From assembly GCA_035656275.1 (NCBI GenBank), contig DASRSW010000051.1, positions 8,068-72,067 on the forward strand: DNA of 64,000 nt, written 5' to 3'. The position numbers were made by a program, and so were the translations under genes. Below are positions 1-8,036 of the stretch, piece by piece (within the stretch, counting starts at the first letter, position 1; every line of letters begins with the position of its first letter). Below the pieces are notes generated by a model that worked only from the letters and a program-made list of their open reading frames with translations, searched no databases and was not told the DNA's origin. The stretch is from Thermoplasmata archaeon (GTDB lineage: Archaea; Thermoplasmatota; Thermoplasmata; Lutacidiplasmatales; UBA184).

Positions 1-1413
1 AGTCCCGAACAGTTCAAGTACGTTTCCCCCAGTTTGCTGATCCGGCGGAGGCTTGGGGGTCGTTGTCGGTGAGGTGGTGAACCAGGGAGCGGGAGAACTC
101 GGGGAAATCGCAGCGTTCTGAGTGAAGTTTAGCACCGGCGAGATCTTGGACGGCCAGAAGTTCAGTGAATAGTAGGATTGGGCGGTCGCTCCGTTCAGCT
201 GGTAAATCGTTTTCACGTTCGAATTGACTGGTATGAGCGTGAGGTTCTTCCACACAGTGGTGAAAGCGGGAAGGCTAATCGCTCCCGCCGTCGTTGAATC
301 GTACCCCACGGCATCCGCCCAAATCGAATTGACCGTAGTGGAGCCGCTGCACCCTCCCTCCGCAGAGTAGTAGAATCCGGAGCTACCCGCCTCTATCGGA
401 ACCGAAGATAGGCCAGGGCTGGCGAGCTGGACTTCGGCATCGAAGATAGGCTGGGTCGTATTCGCCAGAAAGACAAAACCTTCAATGGCGGTCGGAGCGC
501 AACCGCCCCAAAACGGGCCTATTGTCGCGACCGTAGGATTCAGACAGGGGCCTGATAGGGCTAGCGTGGCATTGTAGAATTGCGCCGTGGTGGATTTCGA
601 GGTCGGGCTAAAGGCAGGACTCCAAACAGTTCGACCTCCTGTGGCAGGAATGAGAGTCAGGACCGCAGTGATTGCGGCAGTGATTCCGGTCGGGAAGGTG
701 CCCTTCGTCCAAGTAAATGTGGCAGTCCCCCCGGTATGCGGCTCCGAAACTGTAAACGTCGTGGCGACGGCATCTCCCACGGGGCACATTCCACCACCGA
801 AACCGCCTGCGGTTCCCGAAGCGGTCATAAAGGAGTTGTTGTCGTAGACAACGTGGTTAGGGTACGACGAACAGAGGGAGATAGTCGAGCTCTCCTTGAT
901 CGAAAAGTAATACTGCGTTCCTTTCGAGAGTGATGTCAGGCTGACGCTGTTCACTTGAGCGGACTGCGATACGGTGGCTGATGAAGTGGGTGGGCTCGCC
1001 GTACCGTACAGAAACACGACTGACGCGGTCGTGTTCCCGGTCCATGACAGCGTCGCACTCGTACCTGCGATCGGTGTATTAAGAAAGACGGGAGGTATTG
1101 TGGGAACGCACCAACTACACCCGGTCCAGTGGATCTGGCACCCGCTGCCTCCCGTGAGAGGGCTGTTGACCGGTGAGGAACCCAGTCGCGAGTCTCCCGC
1201 ATTTACAGTCATGGCGTCAGCGAAACTTCTGAGCCCCCCGTAGGTTAGGTCTTGGGACCTTCCCGAAGTGGAGTCTGGCGGGGCTAACGGCTGATTCGAA
1301 CCCAGTTCTCGCGTCCAAACGACGGCCCCAATTGACGGTATGGCGAGTAGTAGCAGGCAGATTCCGACCGAGCTCACAACCCTGAGAGACTCAGACTTCT
1401 CCCTTGCGGTCAT
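1..1413 (-). CDS. secreted/surface protein, partial (C-terminus lies beyond the left window edge)
   Basis: Hand translation of the minus strand from ATG (1413..1411) stays open to position 1: 471 codons with no stop. It is absent from the ORF track, presumably because no stop lies in the window. N-terminus MTAREKSESLRVVSSVGICLLLLAIPSIGAV looks like a signal peptide or anchor. The protein is Ser/Thr/Gly-rich, has an FN3-like stretch TSATLSWTGNTTASVVFLYGT...GTQYYFSI, and carries several N-x-S/T sequons. Confidence 0.6.
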   Translation of the reverse strand, partial: MTAREKSESLRVVSSVGICLLLLAIPSIGAVVWTRELGSNQPLAPPDSTSGRSQDLTYGGLRSFADAMTVNAGDSRLGSSPVNSPLTGGSGCQIHWTGCSWCVPTIPPVFLNTPIAGTSATLSWTGNTTASVVFLYGTASPPTSSATVSQSAQVNSVSLTSLSKGTQYYFSIKESSTISLCSSYPNHVVYDNNSFMTASGTAGGFGGGMCPVGDAVATTFTVSEPHTGGTATFTWTKGTFPTGITAAITAVLTLIPATGGRTVWSPAFSPTSKSTTAQFYNATLALSGPCLNPTVATIGPFWGGCAPTAIEGFVFLANTTQPIFDAEVQLASPGLSSVPIEAGSSGFYYSAEGGCSGSTTVNSIWADAVGYDSTTAGAISLPAFTTVWKNLTLIPVNSNVKTIYQLNGATAQSYYSLNFWPSKISPVLNFTQNAAISPSSPAPWFTTSPTTTPKPPPDQQTGGNVLELFGT

Positions 1414-1546
1414 CACTGCTCCGACTGATTCGAGCCTTCTATAGGGCCCCCAGAACGAATGACTTGAACCTATTTGGTTATTGGCCCGAAAAGTTTGGAA
1501 ACAACTGCGTCTCAGGGAGTATAACTACTTACTGTTTGGAGCGCCG

Positions 1547-3472
1547 TTAGCGATTCTCTATTCGGGTGGCTCCCTTCTCGGGCGTCTTCCGTTTGAGCGG
1601 ACGTCGCCGAATCAGCCAGTAGCCCACAACGGCCACTGCAGCGCCAACAGGTAACCAAATCCAGAGAGGCTCATTTGTCAAGAGCCAAAAGGGTGATGTA
1701 CCGCCGGAAACTTGCGATTCTACGGACAGTATCGTAGTGTTGTTCGATGTGGCGCCTGCCATGTCGGACAACGTGACTATAACAAAGAATGTTCCGGTTT
1801 GACTAGGCGTGCAATTGAGTTCGGCAGCATCTGTCGAAGCACATCCTCTTGGAAGGCCCGAGTATGATTCGGTGACAGGGGGATCGCCTCCCCTGAAGTT
1901 AACCAACAATCCAATCTGATTGCCAATGGTGATTGGATTGGGGATAATTGCCACTGAGGTGATGGACAGGGCTGGGTAGACGCGGTACGCCGGAGTTGCG
2001 TCGAGAACTTTCGCGCGATTCGAATCTTGAAGGGTCAAGTTTGTGCTACCTGACCCCGGCAAGTTTGGCGTGCAAGAGAGGTTCGAGACATTCGCCGACG
2101 AACACCCCGGGGGGAGGTCGCTCCAAACGAACGTGTATAAGCCAGTCCCGCCGCTTGGTACGGCGACCAGACTAAGGGTTTGGGCGACATCAATGGAGGC
2201 ACGCGAAATATTCAGCGAAATTAGCTTGAGAGCAGGGGAAACACGAAATTCTAGGATTGGACTCGTGTTGAAGAGTCCGTCGCTATCGTTCCCCGTAACT
2301 GAGATTGCAAAGTCGCCGGGACTCGAAGGGGTGCAGGCAATGACCGAGGCGTTGGAACTCCGACATCCGGTGGGCAGACCATGCCACTGGAAGGTGTATC
2401 CACCCGAACCACCGATGGGAACGTCCCAGATGGATATCGTCTGACCGACGTCGGCTGATGAGGCCGAACTTACAGGCCGAGGGATCACGGGATCCGTGAA
2501 CACGGTGAAACTCCCAAATGAAGAGGTGGAATCACTCGCAGAGTCCACTACTAGTACCCTCGGATTCCATGTCCCCGTTGACGCCGGAGTGCAACTGGCC
2601 AAAGTAGAGACGTTAGCTGACACACACCCTGGGGGGAGAGCGGACCAACCGAACGAGTAGCTTCCTGTTCCGCCGCTCACACTGACGTGAAACACTACCG
2701 ATTGCCCGAGGTCCACTGAACTCGGCTGTATTCCAGTGACTGTCAACGGCATCGATGTGACCGTAATGTTGACTGACCACTCGAAAGTTGAGCCGTCCGA
2801 GTCATTCTGCCAAGAGGTGGCTAGAAAGCTCCCTGTCGAAGTATAGTTATGTGTGGCATTGTAACTAGATGATGATCCGCCATCTCCGAACGTCCATTTG
2901 ATGGCATACGGCGGGGTGCCTTCTGACGGATACGAATAGAACCGCACTTCAAGTGGGACAGCCCCGGCCGTAGGCCCAGCAGCAGCCGATCCTGAGAACG
3001 CAGCGTTCACGACCACAGAAGTTGAGGGGGAGTTGACGCTTGACCCGGCGCTATCGCTGACATTCACGTAAACACTGTAGTTTCCGACGGCTGAGGGAAA
3101 GCAGGCAGTAGCGTTCTGATTCGAAGAAGAACAGCCAGTTGGAAGTCCTTTCCAGACGTACGAATAGGGAGGAACGCCTCCAGAAGCGTTGACGGTTAGG
3201 TTGACTGGGCGATTCACGTCAACCGCTGCGGGTCGCGCCAGCGGGGCGCTTACTATCAAGGCACTCGTGGCCGGCCAGTAACCTAGTAGGGAGCGGGTTG
3301 GTAGGCTTGGGCCAGCGGTGCCAGCAGGCAGGGTAGGTTGAGCTCCCTGAAAAGACCCGTTTCCTGATAGCGTCGAGAATTGCGCGATCATGAGCACCAA
3401 GCTTGTGAGGATGAAAGGAAGAGAGGCCAATCGTGACAAGTGCTCTGTTCCGCCAATCCCATTGTAAGTCAA
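1547..3472 (-). CDS. PKD/Ig-like repeat cell-surface protein with N-terminal signal anchor and C-terminal TM anchor
   Basis: 641 aa. N-terminal hydrophobic segment LASLPFILTSLVLMIAQF. PKD signature IKWTFGDGGSSSSYNATHNYTSTGSF. Five repeats of a GG-x-x-Y-x-[FY]-x-W-x-x-LP-x-GC-x-S-x-N...C-x-P module. C-terminal TM WIWLPVGAAVAVVGYWLI followed by the basic tail RRRPLKRK. Confidence 0.8.
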   Translation of the reverse strand: MTYNGIGGTEHLSRLASLPFILTSLVLMIAQFSTLSGNGSFQGAQPTLPAGTAGPSLPTRSLLGYWPATSALIVSAPLARPAAVDVNRPVNLTVNASGGVPPYSYVWKGLPTGCSSSNQNATACFPSAVGNYSVYVNVSDSAGSSVNSPSTSVVVNAAFSGSAAAGPTAGAVPLEVRFYSYPSEGTPPYAIKWTFGDGGSSSSYNATHNYTSTGSFLATSWQNDSDGSTFEWSVNITVTSMPLTVTGIQPSSVDLGQSVVFHVSVSGGTGSYSFGWSALPPGCVSANVSTLASCTPASTGTWNPRVLVVDSASDSTSSFGSFTVFTDPVIPRPVSSASSADVGQTISIWDVPIGGSGGYTFQWHGLPTGCRSSNASVIACTPSSPGDFAISVTGNDSDGLFNTSPILEFRVSPALKLISLNISRASIDVAQTLSLVAVPSGGTGLYTFVWSDLPPGCSSANVSNLSCTPNLPGSGSTNLTLQDSNRAKVLDATPAYRVYPALSITSVAIIPNPITIGNQIGLLVNFRGGDPPVTESYSGLPRGCASTDAAELNCTPSQTGTFFVIVTLSDMAGATSNNTTILSVESQVSGGTSPFWLLTNEPLWIWLPVGAAVAVVGYWLIRRRPLKRKTPEKGATRIENR

Positions 3473-3654
3473 GGTAGTTCACCTTGGTCTTTTCGATAGC
3501 TTCTTGGGAGGATACCCATACCGTAGTCTTGACGAGAAAAGAAATGGGGTGCTGGTAAATAGGTCCTTCGATTGGCCGTCTCGCCGGCTGCCCAGCGAGT
3601 GAGGTAAATAGTGGTCCAGGGACGTATCTTGCTTCCACAAATGGAGGTGCTCAG

Positions 3655-4116
3655 ATGAAGCTTGTAAAGACACAAAAGGGGAAGTTGCTGGCGACATCGG
3701 TTCTGATTGTCGCCGTAGTGATCTCACTAGTCGTCGGCCTTAACGCATATTACACTCAACCGCTTGTTGTGGCTCCGTCAGGGTCCGGGACATATGCCTG
3801 TCAGGGCTCCTGCAACGACAACTTCTACACGGCCTCAGGCGGGACGATTACAGGGAGTTGGACCACCACTTTCTCGACAACCGCTGCGTTGTACATGATC
3901 AACTACAGCTCAGGAGGCCCACCCCCCCCCGGGTCTGTTCCGCTCTGGCGAGGTCTCCAAAATACCACTCACGATAGTATCTCTCACAACCTCGCGCCTG
4001 GGATATATGCGCTGGTGTGGTTCGTTCAAGGATCTCAAGTTGTTACGGCTGTTCACATCACTGTGGCGCTCACAATCCAACCGGGCGCGTGGTGGTGGCT
4101 CGGCGATTCTCAGTAG
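3655..4116 (+). CDS. small secreted or membrane-anchored protein, unknown function
   Basis: 153 aa. N-terminus MKLVKTQKGKLLATSVLIVAVVISLVVGL is a signal anchor and may be a class III/pilin-like signal, which is unproven. The remainder is Ser/Thr/Gly-rich. Divergent from the PKD gene inside the low-GC block. Confidence 0.55.
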   Translation: MKLVKTQKGKLLATSVLIVAVVISLVVGLNAYYTQPLVVAPSGSGTYACQGSCNDNFYTASGGTITGSWTTTFSTTAALYMINYSSGGPPPPGSVPLWRGLQNTTHDSISHNLAPGIYALVWFVQGSQVVTAVHITVALTIQPGAWWWLGDSQ

Positions 4117-4640
4117 GCTGCGCCGTGCCATCGGCTGCCTCGCCTGCCTTCCGAATGAGGGGCCAGAGGTTAGGAGCAACACGGGTGCTCCCCGTGGTCT
4201 TGCCTACGTTCGAGAGCGATGACTTAAGGGGAACCTGCTTCTGGTCAGAGTCCTAACGTCGATGATGCTCCAAGATACCCAAGCACTGTTTGATAGACTC
4301 TCATCAAAACGGTCATTTCGTTAATGCACTGAACAGAGTCTTGGCGGCTCGGATTCGAACTTTTCGGTGAATCACCCCCCAAATTGACCTGGTTCTGAAG
4401 TTCCCTTCCCGCGACCTTGGGGTATGAACAATCTGGAGATGCCCTCCCGCGGCTCCATCACGCACCGGCCCGCGTCCATTTCGCCCTCGAACGTCTCCCC
4501 CTCGCGGGCCGCGTCAAGAGGAAACGTGGCGGCCACTCCCAACCACTTGGGAGAGGCTGCCGCCCTCGAGGGGGCGAGGGGGCGGCCCGAGCATGCGCTC
4601 GTCCACGGACGGTAGCCGTCCGTTCGCCCGCGCCCGAGAA

Positions 4641-4901
4641 TCAGCCCTGCTTGACCTCGTGAATTTCGTCGGCGACCAGCCCGTGCGCTTCCTTGTGCAC
4701 CCGGGCCGCCGCCTCCGCCGTCGGAGCGTTAACGAGGCACTGAATCGTCCCATTCTTCTCGTCAACCCAGTAGTGGAGGTACTCCACCCCGTGCTTGCCC
4801 TGCACCTTGAGGTCCTTCGCGTGCGCCTCCGCCACCGCCGCTGCTTTCACGCCTGGCATGTTCTTGTGGGTGTCCATGTAAAGGGGCATATCCGGGCGCA
4901 C
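4641..4901 (-). CDS. DUF4242 family small protein (SCO4226-like)
   Basis: Sequence MPLYMDTHKNMPGVKAAAVAEAHAKDLKVQGKHGVEYLHYWVDEKNGTIQCLVNAPTAEAAARVHKEAHGLVADEIHEV matches my recollection of the DUF4242 pattern. The true start may be the second ATG at 4889. Confidence 0.6.
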   Translation of the reverse strand: MRPDMPLYMDTHKNMPGVKAAAVAEAHAKDLKVQGKHGVEYLHYWVDEKNGTIQCLVNAPTAEAAARVHKEAHGLVADEIHEVKQG

Positions 4902-5110
4902 CGAGTCAATTCATTTGAAGCTTTGGCGACGGCGACCTCGGGACCTCTGTCGGACGAATGTCGGAGGCGCATCGAGGCCCCGGACCGTGCCGGCCGTTTC
5001 GTGCCGGACCGTAAGAGCGCTTCACCCCACACAGCGCCCGTGCGTCCGGAGTTGCAGAGGGACGCAGCTCCCGTAGACTTGATTCCATCCCTTCTCTACG
5101 CGGATTCCCG

Positions 5111-5938
5111 ATGACGGAGGCGGACGTGGTGGCACAGAGCACTCACGGTCCGCTGACGCAGGGGGAGATCGAGCGGGGGCTCACCGCCCTCGGGGTGGAA
5201 CGCGGTGCCGTCCTTCTCGTCCACTCCTCCTTGAGCGCGCTCGGCTGGGTGGTCGGTGGACCGGTGACCGTGGTCCGGGCCTTGGAGGCGGTCGTAGGAC
5301 CCGAAGGATCTCTCCTGATGCCGAGCTATTCCGAATCCGCCCCCGAGCCATCGCTCTGGGAAGATCCTCCCGTGCCTAGGGACTGGTGGGAGACGATCCG
5401 CACCAACGGGCCTCCCTACGACCCGGCGCGGACCCCGACCCGGGGTCTCGGCGCGATCGCGGAGGCGTTTCGCACGCAGCCGGGAACTCAGCGAAGCTCC
5501 CACCCGAATAACTCGTTCGCCGCACGCGGGCCCAAGGCCGGGTTTCTCGTCGGGGGCCACGAGCTCGACGGCAGCCTGGGAGAGGGCTCGCCCCTCGCCC
5601 GGCTGTACGAGCTGGAGGGCCGAGTACTCCTGCTCGGAGTGCGGCACCATTCAAACTCCTCGCTTCACCTCGCCGAGTACCGGGCCCAGTGGCCGGGTCG
5701 GAGTCGCATGGTTCACTTCGAGGCGCGCGTGCTCCAATCCGGGGCCGTTTCCTCTGAACACTTCGTGGACATCGACCTAGACAGCGACGACTTCGACCGA
5801 CTGGGGGAGGAGTACGAGCGGTCCGGAGGCCTCGTCGCGCTGGGTCGCATCGGGCTCGCCGAGTGCCGGCTCTTTGCGCAGCGGCCGATTGTGGACTACG
5901 CGGTCCGCTGGATCGAGCGAAACCGTCTGAGCCGGTGA
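5111..5938 (+). CDS. aminoglycoside N3-acetyltransferase family protein, AAC(3)
   Basis: Segments LLVHSSLSALGWVVGGPVTVVRALEAVVGPEGSLLMPSYS, RSSHPNNSFAARGP and LLLGVRHHSNSSLHLAEY are typical of the Antibiotic_NAT/AAC(3) fold. Confidence 0.7.
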   Translation: MTEADVVAQSTHGPLTQGEIERGLTALGVERGAVLLVHSSLSALGWVVGGPVTVVRALEAVVGPEGSLLMPSYSESAPEPSLWEDPPVPRDWWETIRTNGPPYDPARTPTRGLGAIAEAFRTQPGTQRSSHPNNSFAARGPKAGFLVGGHELDGSLGEGSPLARLYELEGRVLLLGVRHHSNSSLHLAEYRAQWPGRSRMVHFEARVLQSGAVSSEHFVDIDLDSDDFDRLGEEYERSGGLVALGRIGLAECRLFAQRPIVDYAVRWIERNRLSR

Positions 5939-6100
5939 CTCGGCCGGGAGAAGATGGGAGCTCCTCCACGACCTTCGAGGGCGACGCGGGGGAGTCCCCC
6001 GCCGCCCCGCCGAACCCGAAGGCGTGTACCTCGGAATCCTCGTCGCCGTGGAACGGGTAAGTAACCCTTCCCGGTTCTCCCCGACTATTCGGGGGGAACG

Positions 6101-6730
6101 GTGAGCGCGGGAAGAACTCCGCCGGTAAGGGCGGCTATCCGCCGGGCGGGCGTGGCCGACGCCGAGGCGATCGTCGCCATCTACAACCGCGAGGTGGCCG
6201 GCTCCACCGCAACGTTCGATACCGAGCCGCGGGCGATCGAGACCGAACGGGAGATCCTCCAGCAAGGGGACCCAACGCACCGGGTCCTGGTGGCCGTCGA
6301 GGAGGGCCGGGTCCTTGGCTGGGCCTCGCTGAGTCCCTGGTCGCCCCGCCGGGCGTACGACGGAACGGTGGAGACCTCGGTCTACGTCGAGGAGTCGGCC
6401 CGGGGGCACGGGATCGGTCGGCGGCTCCTGGCCAGCCTCCTCGAGACGGCACGGACGGCCGGACTCCACACGGTGCTCGCGAGGGTGGCCGACGGGAGCG
6501 TCGCGAGCCTTCGGCTCCATGTCGACCTCGGCTTTCGCCGGGTGGGTCGGATGCGGGAAGTGGGGTTCAAGTTCGGCCGCTGGATCGATGTCGACCTGCT
6601 GCAGCTCCCCCTGGATGCCTCGATGAAGGAGGCGCCGGGCCGGCGGGCCCCCGCGACCCGGGTTCGGAGAATCGAGGCTAGCCGTAGCGCCGCATCGAGA
6701 AGGAAACGACGAACGCCGCCAGCCAGATGA
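6101..6730 (+). CDS. GNAT N-acetyltransferase, phosphinothricin acetyltransferase (PAT/Bar)-like
   Basis: Segments IRRAGVADAEAIVAIYNREVAGSTATFDTEP, YDGTVETSVYVEESARGHGIGRRLL and FRRVGRMREVGFKFGRWIDV. GTG start. The 3' tail overlaps the convergent gene. Confidence 0.65.
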   Translation: MSAGRTPPVRAAIRRAGVADAEAIVAIYNREVAGSTATFDTEPRAIETEREILQQGDPTHRVLVAVEEGRVLGWASLSPWSPRRAYDGTVETSVYVEESARGHGIGRRLLASLLETARTAGLHTVLARVADGSVASLRLHVDLGFRRVGRMREVGFKFGRWIDVDLLQLPLDASMKEAPGRRAPATRVRRIEASRSAASRRKRRTPPAR

Positions 6731-7352
6731 ACTGAACCACGCCCGGCGTCACGAGGGACACGAGGGCGCCGGCGAGGAAGAACGAGGGGAGGACCCACCC
6801 TCGGATCTGGAAGTACCGTCGAATCACCGGGTCCGCCTCCGCGCTCAACAAGCCCCGCCGGTCGGCGTAGATCCAGATGCTGGCGAGGAGGATCCCCGCC
6901 GAGGCCATCTCCACCGAGAAGAGGAGGAGGGCCGGCGTCGCCTCGGGGTACTGGATGAACAGCCCCACCGTGAAGGGAGCGATCGCGACCGTCATCAGAA
7001 AGGCGAGATTGAGCCAGAGCAGGGCGCCGTCGTATCTCTCCACGAAGCGGAAGACGCGGTGGTGGCTGACCCACCAGACGGCGATGAGCAGGAACGCCTC
7101 CACATAGCCGGCGAACGCGGCGTACTCCTTGCTCAGGGCCAGGGAGAGCAGCGTCGAGCATCGCCCGCCGGACGGCGGAGGCGTACCCGCGCACACCCCG
7201 CTGGGGACGGTCAGCTGAAGGACGAGGAGCGTGAGCGCGAACGCGAAGACGCCGTCGGCCAGCGCGATGAGGCGCGTGAGGTCGGTTCCGGTGTGCGCCC
7301 TTCGGTGGGCCTCCTTGAATGACACCGTTGTGGGCGTCGGGCCGGACCCCAT
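6678..7352 (-). CDS. TMEM175/DUF1211 family membrane protein (putative K+ channel)
   Basis: The hallmark RLIALADGVFAFALTLLVLQL is followed by multiple hydrophobic helices (WWVSHHRVFRFV..., LNLAFLMTVAIAPF). Confidence 0.65.
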   Translation of the reverse strand: MGSGPTPTTVSFKEAHRRAHTGTDLTRLIALADGVFAFALTLLVLQLTVPSGVCAGTPPPSGGRCSTLLSLALSKEYAAFAGYVEAFLLIAVWWVSHHRVFRFVERYDGALLWLNLAFLMTVAIAPFTVGLFIQYPEATPALLLFSVEMASAGILLASIWIYADRRGLLSAEADPVIRRYFQIRGWVLPSFFLAGALVSLVTPGVVQFIWLAAFVVSFSMRRYG

Positions 7353-7431
7353 GAGCGGGCGGAGCGGCGGGGAAACTTAAGGCCCCATCCCGCCGTCGCC
7401 ACCGCCGAGAGGGACGGGCGCGGCTGAAGCC

Positions 7432-7439
7432 TCATATAG
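7432..7439 (+). promoter_or_regulatory. TATA-like box upstream of tRNA-iMet
   Basis: TCATATAG ends 24 nt before the tRNA 5' end, which fits archaeal TATA spacing. Confidence 0.4.
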
Positions 7440-7462
7440 GGTGACCCCCTCCCGCGCCCCGC

Positions 7463-7565
7463 AGCGGGGTAGGGTAGTCAGGAAAACGGCCGGGCGTCCC
7501 GTCCGTCCTGAAATCCCGACGGGCTCATAACCCGTAGATCCATGGTTCAAATCCATGCCCCGCTA
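7463..7565 (+). tRNA. initiator tRNA-Met (CAT) with a 28-nt intron in the D-loop (about 7485..7512)
   Basis: Acceptor stem AGCGGGG/CCCCGCT with an A1:U72 pair. Anticodon arm ACGGG-CTCATAA-CCCGT with three G:C pairs next to the loop. T arm CATGG-TTCAAAT-CCATG. Discriminator A. Total length is 103 nt; removing 28 nt restores the D-arm GGGT-AGTCAGGAAA-TCCC. The BHB-like motif is described in the findings. Confidence 0.85.
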
Positions 7566-7603
7566 TCTCCCCCCATGAGGGAAGGGGTCCGACCACGGCG
7601 GTT

Positions 7604-8032
7604 GTGAAACGGCGAGCCGGGCGGCGACCCCCGCCAGCCCCGATCCCGCGCGAGGTCGCCTGCATGATCCAGGTGGATGGGGAGAGTTACTGCATCGACC
7701 CCGTCGGCGGCTTCGCCGAGGCGCTCGGGAAGAAGTGGACGCTTCCGCTCATCGGCGTGCTGGGCAACCGGGAGGTCAACCGGTTCGGGGAGATTGTGGC
7801 GGCGCTCGAGGGGATCGGGGCGAAGGCGCTCTCGGACCGGCTGCGAGAGCTGCAGGGCCTCGGTCTCGTGGACCGGACGGTCTATGCCGAGGTTCCGGCC
7901 CGCGTGGAGTACCGCCTCACGGCCCGAGGGGTCACGCTGCGCCGCGCCTTGGTTCCGCTCCTCGAATGGGCAGAGCGGGACGGAAAGCGAGAGTCGACGA
8001 CGGCCGCCGGGACTCCGGTCCGCCTTCCGTAG
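7604..8032 (+). CDS. HxlR-family winged-helix transcriptional regulator
   Basis: Segments CIDPVGGFAEALGKKWTLPLIGVL, FGEIVAALEGIGAKALSDRLRELQGLGLVDRTVY and VEYRLTARG. The start may instead be the ATG at 7664. Confidence 0.7.
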   Translation: MKRRAGRRPPPAPIPREVACMIQVDGESYCIDPVGGFAEALGKKWTLPLIGVLGNREVNRFGEIVAALEGIGAKALSDRLRELQGLGLVDRTVYAEVPARVEYRLTARGVTLRRALVPLLEWAERDGKRESTTAAGTPVRLP

Positions 8033-8036
8033 AGCC

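Larger units (their letters stand above)
1..4400. other. compositionally distinct (lower-GC) block, candidate horizontally acquired island
   Basis: Hand GC counts of sample 60-nt lines: 58% (1-60), 45% (1441-1500) and 53% (2761-2820), against 72% (10021-10080). The shift occurs around 4380-4440. All three genes inside encode signal-peptide or anchor proteins. Confidence 0.5.

Noticed and set aside
4261-4332. Possible C/D-box sRNA (GATGATGC ... TTGATAGA ... CTGA)
   Set aside because: Both C-like boxes deviate from RUGAUGA. No proper D' box is present (CTGT), and no terminal stem flanks the boxes. The match is probably chance in AT-richer sequence.
4607-4621. Short hairpin GGACGG-tag-CCGTCC downstream of the DUF4242 gene
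   Set aside because: The stem is only 6 bp with no T-tract. Stems like this are frequent in GC-rich DNA, so it is not reported as a terminator.
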